Numbered from the stretch's first letter, positions 54,677 to 63,583 are shown. The stretch: DNA of 64,000 bases from an uncultured Planctomycetota bacterium (GCA_903847315.1 CAINDG010000038.1:67750-131749), one strand, 5' to 3'. Notes: generated by a model not told the origin, from the letters alone. Translations and numbers: made by a program.

Positions 54677-55783
54677 TCAGTAATTTAGCAATTTTTGTGC
54701 GATTTGAGCCGCTGCATCGGGTCGGGCAAGGCCGGCACAACTTTGCCTCATTTTGGAACGCTTTTCATCCGAGCTGATAAGCTCGCAAAGGACAGGCCAT
54801 AAAAGCTTTGCGGTCTTTTCCGTATCGCATAAATCTTCGACTAAACAGGCACAACCGGCCTCGACAAGGAATTGTGCATTTAATTTCTGATGTTCGTCGG
54901 CATGGTAAGGATAAGGCAGACATATCGCAGGAGTGCCGGAGGCGGCAAACTCCGCAATACTCATCGCGCCTGCCCTGCCGATGACAATGTCCGCCGCGGC
55001 GAGCAAATTCGGCATATCATCGTAATAATCCAGAACCTTATTGGTTATCTTCGTCTGATTATAAAGCGTCCGGACAGAGTCGTAATGGATAATACCGGCC
55101 AGATGAACAATCTGCCAACTGGACGCAAAAACTTCCAGCCTGTCCAAAATATAGCCGATAACATTATTTATATTTGCCGCCCCGCCGGATGCCCCTGTTA
55201 TAAGCAGAATATTTTTTTTCGGACTTAAACCCAGCGTCTCAACTACCTTATTTTTGTCGGGATTAAAAAAATCCTCTCGCAGTGGACAGCCTGTTACCGT
55301 AACTTTCTTATTATTCAAGCCGAAATAATGGCTGGTTTTTTCGAATTGAACGAAAATATCTTTCGCATAACGGGCAAGAAAGCTATTTGCCTTGCCCGGC
55401 ACCGCATCAATATTAAGCATCGCAACCGGTATTTTCAAATCCCATGCGGCCAGAACTGGCCCTGCGGAAACAAAACCGCCCATACTGAAAAGAACGGCTT
55501 TTTCCGGTTTATCGCCCAGTATTGTCTGTTTCACAATTTTTTTAGAGGTGAAAATAGACCTTAAAAATAAAAAAAACTGGTAAGGATTCTTTGAAAACCC
55601 CCTGGCCGGCAAAGGAATAAAACGCAAACCTGTTCCGGCAAGAATTCTCGCGTCTATCGGCCTGTCGCTGCAGAAAAAAGTTATCTTACAGGACGGCTCG
55701 GCTTTTAAAAGCTCCTGCGCCACCGTAACAGCCGGATAAATATGACCGCCGGTGCCTCCGCCGGCAAAATAAAAATGCCTCAT
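54677..55783 (-). CDS. murG: UDP-N-acetylglucosamine-N-acetylmuramyl-(pentapeptide) pyrophosphoryl-undecaprenol GlcNAc transferase
   Basis: 368 aa. FAGGGTGGHIYPA and the ..RAGAMSIAE.. C-domain. It is adjacent to ftsW. Confidence 0.9.
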   Translation of the reverse strand: MRHFYFAGGGTGGHIYPAVTVAQELLKAEPSCKITFFCSDRPIDARILAGTGLRFIPLPARGFSKNPYQFFLFLRSIFTSKKIVKQTILGDKPEKAVLFSMGGFVSAGPVLAAWDLKIPVAMLNIDAVPGKANSFLARYAKDIFVQFEKTSHYFGLNNKKVTVTGCPLREDFFNPDKNKVVETLGLSPKKNILLITGASGGAANINNVIGYILDRLEVFASSWQIVHLAGIIHYDSVRTLYNQTKITNKVLDYYDDMPNLLAAADIVIGRAGAMSIAEFAASGTPAICLPYPYHADEHQKLNAQFLVEAGCACLVEDLCDTEKTAKLLWPVLCELISSDEKRSKMRQSCAGLARPDAAAQIAQKLLNY

Positions 55784-55893
55784 CCCGCACCTTCAAAATA
55801 TTCGATAAAACATTTCGGAAAAATGGATAGTTTATCAAAAAAAAGGATTATATTCATTTTAAGGAAAATTGAATAGATAAGAAGGTGCGGGAT
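55782..55893. repeat. 112-bp element with perfect 13-bp terminal inverted repeats (MITE-like), copy 1, between ftsW and murG
   Basis: ATCCCGCACCTTC (55782-55794) and GAAGGTGCGGGAT (55881-55893) flank an 86-nt AT-rich core. The left arm overlaps 2 nt of the murG ATG and the right arm overlaps 1 nt of the ftsW stop. Confidence 0.9.
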
Positions 55894-57053
55894 CATACCG
55901 CTTCACTCCTTCGAGCTATGGCCGCAAGAATCCCCGCGGCGGCGGCGGTAAGAAACAGATGGGTTCCGCCGGCGCTTATAAAAGGAAGAGCGATGCCCTT
56001 TGTGGGTAAAAGACGGGTAACAACGCCAAGATTCATTGCCGCTTGCGCAGTAATTGACAGGACAATTCCAAATGCGAGCAATTTGCCGAAGTCGTCATTG
56101 CATCTGCGAATTATGATAATGCCAAGCACAATAAAAAGTGAAAACAGCAAAATCAGGAAGCAGACGCCGACAAAACCGAGCTCTTCGGCGATTATCGCAA
56201 AAATAAAATCGGTGGTATCCTCCGGCAGATGGCCATACTTGCTGACGCCGCTGCCCAGGCCCTTGCCTAAAATTCCGCCGGTTGAAACGGCAATAAGAGA
56301 CTGCTTGATTTGATAGCCGGAGGTCTGTGCTGTCGAATCGCCCGGCCGGATGAAAGACTTTATTCTTTCAATTCTCTCAGGAGAAGAAAATATCGCAAGG
56401 GCAAAAACAATAACCAAAACCGGCAATGGCGTGAGGAAATGCCACCATTTTCCGCCCGCTACAAATAAAATCACAAGACCGACAAATGTTACAAATACAG
56501 CGGTGCCGAAATCCTGAATGAGTATAAGTACCGCCATAACACCTATAAGCGAACAAATCGGAACAAATCCTTTTAGAAAATCCTTAAGCTTTTCGCCAAG
56601 CATTACCGACACCGCGGGAACAAATAAAACAAGCGACCACTTCGCAAGTTCCGACGGCTGAAAACTGATTTCCACCGGCCCCAGCGGTATTCTCAACCAG
56701 CGGCGGGCATTGTTAATCTCCACTCCTATGCCGGGGATAAGCACTGCGATAATCAATACAAGACTAATGCCGACAAGATAAACCGTGGGGTTTTTAGCCC
56801 AGCTTGCAAGAGTATTGTCGGACAAAGCAAGTTTTCGATAATCAAACAGACTAAAACCAACCGCAAATAGAATCGCTGCAAGAAAAAACAATGTCTGGCG
56901 AAATTCAGGATACGAATAAAATCTGGTAAGGTCGTATTCAACATCGATTCTGGCGCTCGCGCTGAAAACAAAAATCGCTCCAATCGCCATAAGCGTAACC
57001 GCAAGGCAAACTGTTATATTCGCAATCGTTTGGTTGTCAGGTATTATCTTCAC
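55893..57053 (-). CDS. ftsW: FtsW/RodA/SpoVE family peptidoglycan glycosyltransferase
   Basis: 386 aa and polytopic. GLGSGVSKYGHLPEDTTDFIFAIIAEELGFVG. It lies upstream of murG. Confidence 0.85.
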   Translation of the reverse strand: MKIIPDNQTIANITVCLAVTLMAIGAIFVFSASARIDVEYDLTRFYSYPEFRQTLFFLAAILFAVGFSLFDYRKLALSDNTLASWAKNPTVYLVGISLVLIIAVLIPGIGVEINNARRWLRIPLGPVEISFQPSELAKWSLVLFVPAVSVMLGEKLKDFLKGFVPICSLIGVMAVLILIQDFGTAVFVTFVGLVILFVAGGKWWHFLTPLPVLVIVFALAIFSSPERIERIKSFIRPGDSTAQTSGYQIKQSLIAVSTGGILGKGLGSGVSKYGHLPEDTTDFIFAIIAEELGFVGVCFLILLFSLFIVLGIIIIRRCNDDFGKLLAFGIVLSITAQAAMNLGVVTRLLPTKGIALPFISAGGTHLFLTAAAAGILAAIARRSEAV

Positions 57054-57158
57054 GACAAAAGATTATCCGCAAAACAAAACAAATAATCAATCACAAAACT
57101 AAAAAGACACATTGTAGTTTTTGATAGACTTAAACGCCAATAAAACTATAATCCGTAT

Positions 57159-57656
57159 ATGCCGATGACACCATTTCATTTCGGACCTTCAGGACTAATT
57201 GGGTATATTTTCAGAAAATGGATAGACCTGCCGGTGTTTGTGCTTGCAAACGTGGCAGTGGATACTGAAGTACTGCTGGTAAGATGTATGCAACTCGGCT
57301 GGCCTTATCACAGGCTCGGCCATACTTTTCTCATAGGTTCAGCCATCGGGGCAGTATGGGGATTGATTGCTTACGCTGGGCTGCCGGTTCTGAACCGGCT
57401 TATGAAAAAAATCAGGATACCATACCAGACAAACATCTTTAAAATGGTTATTTCGGGAATTCTGGGAGTCTGGCTTCATGTGTTTATTGATGGAATTTAT
57501 CATTACGACGTAAAGCCTTTCTGGCCGATAAGAAAAAATTGCCTGTGGAGATTACTATCGCAAAATCAGGTTAAATGGATATGTATCATCTGCCTTGTAA
57601 TATTTGCGATACTGTACGTGCTGTCGCTGAAAAAACAATCCGCCAAAAAACAATAA
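57159..57656 (+). CDS. Membrane protein, possibly a DUF457/YdjM-like metal-dependent hydrolase
   Basis: 165 aa. YHRLGHTFL and HVFIDGIYHYDVKPFWP resemble the His-rich motifs of that family by eye only. Confidence 0.4.
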   Translation: MPMTPFHFGPSGLIGYIFRKWIDLPVFVLANVAVDTEVLLVRCMQLGWPYHRLGHTFLIGSAIGAVWGLIAYAGLPVLNRLMKKIRIPYQTNIFKMVISGILGVWLHVFIDGIYHYDVKPFWPIRKNCLWRLLSQNQVKWICIICLVIFAILYVLSLKKQSAKKQ

Positions 57657-57659
57657 CTT

Positions 57660-58409
57660 TTATTTTTCCGGCTTAATATATATTTTAAGCTGCTTATCTT
57701 CAAAGACTACTTGTTCTTTGCCGTCATAGATTATTGTTTTACTGCTTGTGCTTACGGCGTTTTGGCCGATTGGAACGGTTATCGTAAAGTTGTACATATC
57801 GGCATTTTCTTTTTTACCGGCAAACTGCCATTTTATTTCCACAGGCGCCCGCTCTTTCGGACCGCAGGTCATACCCATTGTAATCGCCAAATCATTCGCC
57901 TTAAACTGCTCAGGCGTAAATAAAGCCTCGGCACAGTTATCCGCGGGATTGGCCTTATCGTTGACGATGCAAATCCATCCATTAACAGCCGGTTTCTCAC
58001 CGGCCGGAATCGGCGACACAATGCCGGAGTGCATTTTTAGTTTTTTGTGCAAAGAAATTGTCGTCGCGGAATTAATGAACAAAAGCACCCCGATAACCGT
58101 CAGCAGAACCGCAAGACCCGCCGATGAAGTCGCTATACCGGAAATCGCAAAGCTTTTACCCCGGAGTTGCCCGCCGGACCTATTGATGCGATTAAGCGCG
58201 ATTATTCCGAAAACAAGGCTGATTATCCATACAACGCCGAACACTCCCAGCAATGGAAAACTGCTTATGCTCAGTATCATTGAGGTAATAGCCATACCGC
58301 TGGTTCTAATCGGCTTGCTGTAAACAAACACTCCGCCGCAGCTTTGGCAAATCGCAGCGTTTTCAAGATTTTCCGCACCGCATTTTTGACAGTACATTTT
58401 CCACCTCAC
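57660..58409 (-). CDS. Zinc-ribbon plus DUF4190-like membrane protein
   Basis: 249 aa. YCQKCGAEN..CQSCGG ribbon, then two TM helices with the LNRINRSGGQLRGKSFAISGI pattern. Confidence 0.6.
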   Translation of the reverse strand: MRWKMYCQKCGAENLENAAICQSCGGVFVYSKPIRTSGMAITSMILSISSFPLLGVFGVVWIISLVFGIIALNRINRSGGQLRGKSFAISGIATSSAGLAVLLTVIGVLLFINSATTISLHKKLKMHSGIVSPIPAGEKPAVNGWICIVNDKANPADNCAEALFTPEQFKANDLAITMGMTCGPKERAPVEIKWQFAGKKENADMYNFTITVPIGQNAVSTSSKTIIYDGKEQVVFEDKQLKIYIKPEK

Positions 58410-58459
58410 CTAAAAATATATCGTAATCATTTTAATATAGCGACAAAGGATATTCAACC

Positions 58460-61075
58460 TTATTGTTTTCGCAGAAAATCCTTTATTTCGTTGAGCAGAT
58501 TAATCGCCTGTATCGGCGTAAGATTATTAACATCAAGGCCTTTGAGCTTTTCGAGAACATCTTTTTCCTTCTGGTCGAAAAGCTGGGCAGAATCGGGCTC
58601 TTTCGTTCTCTGTTTTGTGAGTTTATCGCCCGAGGCTTCTTTTTGGAAAGTATTTTCCAGCTCGGCGAGAATTTCTTTACTGCGTTCGAGAATAGATTTT
58701 GGAATACCGGCAAGTTTCGCAACGTGTATGCCGTAACTTTTGTCTGTGCCGCCGGGAACAATCTTGTGCAGAAATACCACCTCGTCCATCCATTCACGAA
58801 CCGCTACATTGCAATTCTTGACATTGACTAAAAGTTCTGCGAGAGCCGTAAGTTCGTGATAATGCGTCGCGAAAAGCGTTCTGCATTTAATTTTATTCGC
58901 GATATGCTCCGTAATCGCCCATGCAAGAGACAGGCCGTCATAAGTGCTTGTTCCCCTGCCGACCTCATCGAGAATCACAAGAGATTTTTCAGTGGCGTTG
59001 TTGACGATATTTGCCGTTTCTGTCATCTCGACCATAAAAGTCGATTGCCCTCTGACAATCTCATCAGAAGCGCCGACACGCGTAAAGATTCTGTCAACCA
59101 GCCCTATCGTCGCCTGCTTTGCGGGAATAAAACTTCCCGTCTGAGCAAGCAATACAAGCAGTGCCGTTTGCCTGATATAAGTGCTTTTACCGCTCATATT
59201 GGGGCCTGTGATAATTATTACATCGCCTTTATCTGCGCCAAGTTCGACATCGTTCGGCACAAATTCGCTTCCCAAAATTTCAGCAAGAACAGGATGCCTG
59301 CCGTCATTGATAATCAACTCTGTGCCGTTTGTTATCCGCGGCCTTGTATAATTTTGCGACAAGGCCAAATGTGCGAAAGCACAAAGACAATCGACTGTCG
59401 CGACAACTTCCGCAAGCGATTGAATCTTGTCAATATATTCTGCGCACTGAACACGAAGCTGTTCAAATAGCCGCTGCTCAAGTTCAAGACTCTTTTCGCC
59501 CGCGGTAAGAATTTTCTCTTCATATTTCTTTAATTCATCCGTTATATACCGCTCTGCATTTTTTATCGTCTGCTTGCGAACATAATCGGCAGGTGCTTTA
59601 TCCGCGTAAGAATTGGTAATTTCGATATAATAGCCGAAAACATTATTAAATCCGACTTTGAGATTTGTTATGCCGGTGCGTTCAATCTCCTTCTGCTGGT
59701 ACTGCGCAAGCCAGGCCCTGACATCCTTCGATATATTCCGTAACTCGTCAAGTTCAGGATTAAAACCTGCCCTTATCACTCCGCCGTCGCGAAGATGATT
59801 GGGACAGACCGGCTCAATCGCCGACTCCAAAACCTGTGCAAGCTGCGGCATACAATCGCAATTCTGCGAAAGTTTCACGAAAATATCGGCAGTTAACTCT
59901 GAAAGCAGTTTTTTAAGCGGCTCTGCTTTTTTCAGACTTTGCGAAAGAGCCAAAAGGTCTCTTGGGCCTGCCCTTTGCGTACTAATCCTCGCGGCTATTC
60001 TTTCGAGGTCGGCAAAATTTTTCAAAATGCCGCGTATCTGCTCAAGTGCGTTCTTTTTCTCAATCAATTCTTCAACAGCGCCTTGTCTTAACTCTATTGA
60101 CCCCGCATCACACAAAGGCATACATATCCAGTATCGCAGCATCCTGCCGCCCATTCCCGTCAGCGTCCGGTCTATCGTTTCAATCAAAGAACCCCTGCCG
60201 CCGCGAATCGTCGAAAGAACTTCGAGACTTCGCAGCGTCGTCTGGTCTATCTGAAGAAATTTTTTCTGCTCGACAAGTTTTATCCCGGAAATATGACCCA
60301 GCGCGGTCTTCTGCGTCTCTTTCAAATATTCAATTACCGCACCGGCGGGACTGATAACGCCGCTGCCGTCTTTTATGCCGAACCCTTCAAGCGTCTTGGT
60401 ACCGAATTGGCTTATAAGCCTCTTATAAGCATCGTAAGGCTCAAAATACCATCCGGGCCGATATGTTATCGCTGTATTGCCGGATTGCTCAATCTGTGCC
60501 GCGAGCTTTTTAATCTCCTCGCTGAAAAGTTCGCCGCGCCCGTCAGGCAAAATACATTCTGCCGGCGAAATCCTGAGAATTTCATCGACCACAGCGTTTT
60601 CAGGAACAACACGTGCGAAAAAATGACCTGTCGAAACATCCACCCAGCTTATCGCGGCTGTTTTTGCATTGAGACTTACCGCACAAAGAAAATTGTCCTG
60701 CTTTTCTTCCAGCAGCATATCGTCTGTAAGTGTGCCGGGCGTGATAATCCGGATTACATCGCGTTTCACAACGCCCTGCGCAAATTTTGGATTTTCGATT
60801 TGTTCGCAGACGGCAACTTTGTAGCCTGCCTTAATCATTTTTTTAAGATAGCCGTCAACCGCGTGGAAAGGAACACCCGCAAGCGGCACAGGATTTTCGC
60901 CTTTACTTCTGCTGGTCAGTGTCAGCCCGCAGACCTGCGAGCAGGTTTTAGCATCCTCGAAAAAAGTCTCATAAAAGTCCCCCATCCTGAAAAACAATAT
61001 GCAGTCAGGGTATTTCTTCTTGAAGTTGTCGTATTGCTTCATCGCCGGCGTTAATTTGTCCTGCTGGATATTCAT
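58460..61075 (-). CDS. mutS: DNA mismatch repair protein MutS
   Basis: 871 aa. TPAMKQY..FFRMGDFYE, GPNMSGKST and DEVGRGTSTYDG. Confidence 0.95.
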   Translation of the reverse strand: MNIQQDKLTPAMKQYDNFKKKYPDCILFFRMGDFYETFFEDAKTCSQVCGLTLTSRSKGENPVPLAGVPFHAVDGYLKKMIKAGYKVAVCEQIENPKFAQGVVKRDVIRIITPGTLTDDMLLEEKQDNFLCAVSLNAKTAAISWVDVSTGHFFARVVPENAVVDEILRISPAECILPDGRGELFSEEIKKLAAQIEQSGNTAITYRPGWYFEPYDAYKRLISQFGTKTLEGFGIKDGSGVISPAGAVIEYLKETQKTALGHISGIKLVEQKKFLQIDQTTLRSLEVLSTIRGGRGSLIETIDRTLTGMGGRMLRYWICMPLCDAGSIELRQGAVEELIEKKNALEQIRGILKNFADLERIAARISTQRAGPRDLLALSQSLKKAEPLKKLLSELTADIFVKLSQNCDCMPQLAQVLESAIEPVCPNHLRDGGVIRAGFNPELDELRNISKDVRAWLAQYQQKEIERTGITNLKVGFNNVFGYYIEITNSYADKAPADYVRKQTIKNAERYITDELKKYEEKILTAGEKSLELEQRLFEQLRVQCAEYIDKIQSLAEVVATVDCLCAFAHLALSQNYTRPRITNGTELIINDGRHPVLAEILGSEFVPNDVELGADKGDVIIITGPNMSGKSTYIRQTALLVLLAQTGSFIPAKQATIGLVDRIFTRVGASDEIVRGQSTFMVEMTETANIVNNATEKSLVILDEVGRGTSTYDGLSLAWAITEHIANKIKCRTLFATHYHELTALAELLVNVKNCNVAVREWMDEVVFLHKIVPGGTDKSYGIHVAKLAGIPKSILERSKEILAELENTFQKEASGDKLTKQRTKEPDSAQLFDQKEKDVLEKLKGLDVNNLTPIQAINLLNEIKDFLRKQ

Positions 61076-61083
61076 AGGTGATA

Positions 61084-62244
61084 TTATACAACAAATTCGC
61101 CTTTTAACAACTCTTGTATAAGCCCCTCAATTTGCTGTTTTGTGTCCGCGGAAACAGCTTTTTCTAATATTTTTTTCTGCCTGTCTGTAAAACAGACGGT
61201 CTTTCTAATGTCGAAATCGACAACGCCGAGGGTTTGTTCTATTTCATCAATAAGTTCTTTTACTCCGCTGCCGGTTTTTGCGCTGATTTTCAAACCATCG
61301 ACAAGTAAATTATTCGCCAAATCACATTTGTTATAAACAACAAGTTTGTTTAGCCCCCGCACCTGTGGCGGGGGTTCGTTATCCCCGCGAAAACAGCAAT
61401 CCAGCACATACAATACCAAATCACAATTTTTTATTAATTCAATAGCTTGTTTCTGTGATTGTGCTTCAACTATATTTTTTTCACTTAACGTCTCATCGAG
61501 ACCGGCCGTATCGAAAAATTCCGCTTGTATTCTTTTCAATCGGATTTTCGCACTGAGCCAGTCCCGCGTTGTGCCTGCGATATCCGTTACAATCGCTTTT
61601 TCTTTTCCGCAAAGACGATTAAACAATGTGCTTTTGCCGCTGTTGGGCGGGCCCGCAATGACAATCTTTGCGCCATTAATAAAAAAGTTAGAAATCTTAC
61701 TATCGCTCAAAACCTGCTCTGCGCCTGCTTTAATATCGTCAATCTGCATTGTGTTAATATTTTTCAGCCACCACTGGCAGCTCTGCAAAAGACCCATCTT
61801 CGTCTGATGACGGATTATCTTCGCTCCGTAAATTGTCGCAGCTTTTGTTTCCGCGATATCAGCCTCTATCGCAATTGTGTTATCGCCGTGTTTCTGCCTG
61901 CCCAAGTATGTTAGAATTTCCTGCGGCTCTGCAATCTCTGCCCCCTGCTTTTTCAGCAGTTCAAGAATATTTTCAACAATAATCGGATTGCCATGACAGT
62001 TTATACTGAAACAATCTGCCTGTTCACAGCCGATTATCACCTCGTCAATCGGAGTATTGCCGTCAAAGATATTGCCGTGAAGAATTGAACCGATTGAAAA
62101 AACTGGAGGTTTGTCGCTTAATGGTTTAAAAATTTTCTTTAAAATATTCTCGCAATCAGTCCCAACAAGCTGAATGCTCGATATCGCACTGGCGGCTTTT
62201 GCCGTCATCAGAGCCGCTATACATTTATGTTTTTTCGCCGACAT
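61084..62244 (-). CDS. MnmE/TrmE-like GTPase (divergent, lacks the C-terminal CIGK motif)
   Basis: GPPNSGKSTLFNRL, DTAGL and NKCDL form the G domain. The N-domain resembles MnmE (CIAALMT..ISSIQLVG; IDEVII..INCHGNPIIVENILELL). I moved the start to the ATG at 62244. The track start at 62394 would overlap coaX by 170 nt. It contains hairpin repeat copy B in frame. Confidence 0.65.
   Translation of the reverse strand: MSAKKHKCIAALMTAKAASAISSIQLVGTDCENILKKIFKPLSDKPPVFSIGSILHGNIFDGNTPIDEVIIGCEQADCFSINCHGNPIIVENILELLKKQGAEIAEPQEILTYLGRQKHGDNTIAIEADIAETKAATIYGAKIIRHQTKMGLLQSCQWWLKNINTMQIDDIKAGAEQVLSDSKISNFFINGAKIVIAGPPNSGKSTLFNRLCGKEKAIVTDIAGTTRDWLSAKIRLKRIQAEFFDTAGLDETLSEKNIVEAQSQKQAIELIKNCDLVLYVLDCCFRGDNEPPPQVRGLNKLVVYNKCDLANNLLVDGLKISAKTGSGVKELIDEIEQTLGVVDFDIRKTVCFTDRQKKILEKAVSADTKQQIEGLIQELLKGEFVV
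61349..61378. repeat. GC hairpin repeat, copy B (inside the mnmE-like gene)
   Basis: TTTAGCCCCCGCacctgtgGCGGGGGTTCG, with a 7-bp stem. Confidence 0.9.
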
Positions 62245-63022
62245 ATTTCTTATACGCAAGGACAATTCCTTTGACCACAAGGTTATCGACAAATGAATCT
62301 GCAAAATCGCATCCGCTCCTGATAATTTCCATATTTCCGCCGGTAACAACCGTCTGCGGCCATTTGCCCAGATGCTCCGAATAGAGCCTTCCAATTATTT
62401 CAAGAGCGCCTATCGCGGAATAATACAAGCCGTTATTAATTGCCTCGGCGGTATTTTTGCCGAATGGTTTTTTCGGAATTTTGACTTTGCCGATTTTAGG
62501 CAGTCCTGCCGTGTACCTGTTCAGCGCCTCAGCCGATATATCGAAGCCCGGCATAATAGTGCCGCCCAGAAAAACGCCTTTGTCATCGACAACATCAATC
62601 GTTACCGCTGTGCCGAAATCGGCGACAATAACCGCATCTTCGACAACGCTGTACGCCGTAAATGCCGCCAGAATCCTGTCAACGCCAATCTGCCCCGGCC
62701 CGTCAACGTCAAGCTCCATCGGCAGCGGTACATCTTTGCCGAATCCTATCTCAAGAATTTTTTCGCCCAATTGTTCCTGTACAATTTTTTTTACTGTATC
62801 CATCCAGTCGGGTTTTACGCTTGCGATAACAATTACGCCGTCGCGTTTTGTCTTATCTCTGCTGGCTTTCGCCAATGGAATCCTGTCCCAGTAGTTTTTC
62901 AAAACCGCGGCAATTTCTTCTGGCTTATCGCCCTTGGTCTTTTCAATCGTCGCTTCCGCGTCACCGATAAAAAGCCCCGCCGTTATATTCGTATTACCTA
63001 TATCTATCGCGATAATGTTCAT
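62225..63022 (-). CDS. coaX: Type III pantothenate kinase
   Basis: 265 aa. MNIIAIDIGNTNITAGLF and the GVDR..DFGTAVT pattern. Confidence 0.9.
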   Translation of the reverse strand: MNIIAIDIGNTNITAGLFIGDAEATIEKTKGDKPEEIAAVLKNYWDRIPLAKASRDKTKRDGVIVIASVKPDWMDTVKKIVQEQLGEKILEIGFGKDVPLPMELDVDGPGQIGVDRILAAFTAYSVVEDAVIVADFGTAVTIDVVDDKGVFLGGTIMPGFDISAEALNRYTAGLPKIGKVKIPKKPFGKNTAEAINNGLYYSAIGALEIIGRLYSEHLGKWPQTVVTGGNMEIIRSGCDFADSFVDNLVVKGIVLAYKKYVGEKT

Positions 63023-63132
63023 CCCGCACCTTCTTTTTATTCAATTTTATTTAAACCTGTTATAATTCTATTATTTTTTCGATTAATTAAAAAATATACG
63101 CAATATATCGAATATTTAGAAGGTGCGGGATT
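63021..63132. repeat. 112-bp element with perfect 13-bp terminal inverted repeats, copy 2 (inverted relative to copy 1), upstream of coaX
   Basis: ATCCCGCACCTTC (63021-63033) and GAAGGTGCGGGAT (63120-63132) flank an 86-nt AT-rich core. The left arm overlaps 2 nt of the coaX ATG. Confidence 0.9.
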
Positions 63133-63198
63133 CATTCCGTCCCTTTCTAATGCCGGAAGCTTATCGGAAAACAGATAAATAATCAATCACAAAAGAAA

Positions 63199-63294
63199 CA
63201 GAGCCGCGACCGTAAGCGAGCGGTATGTTTTCGCGTTTTATTTAGCCCCCGGTTTTACCGGGGGTTCAGAGCCGCGACAGTTATGGAGCGGTAT
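63199..63294. repeat. Composite repeat: 28-nt direct repeats flanking GC hairpin repeat copy C
   Basis: CAGAGCCGCGACCGTAAGCGAGCGGTAT (63199-63226) and CAGAGCCGCGACAGTTATGGAGCGGTAT (63267-63294) are 24/28 identical. Between them lies TTTAGCCCCCGGttttaCCGGGGGTTCA (63241-63268). Confidence 0.9.
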
Positions 63295-63583
63295 TTTAAT
63301 ATTGTTTAGCCGTCGCCGGCACGGCGATGTCGTTTGCCCCGTGAGATGCCGTTTCGGCTATCTCATCGGGGTCATTGCGAGGCTTGCCCGCCGTAGGCGT
63401 GGCCGAAGCCGAAGCAATCTCAGTTAAGGCCATTCCCTTATATCGCAGTTTTGACACATAATATATGTTATGGGACAAGCATCGGAAATCCCATTTCGTC
63501 ATTTCGAGCGGAGGTCCTTTATGGCCGGAGTCGAGAAATCTCTGAAATTTCAAATCTTAAATTCGTCCCTCCTGCTCTACTGT

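Noticed and set aside
55885-56313. 142-aa plus-strand ORF starting in the TIR arm
   Set aside because: It is antisense to the well-supported ftsW gene, and its GTG start lies inside the inverted repeat. I treat it as spurious.
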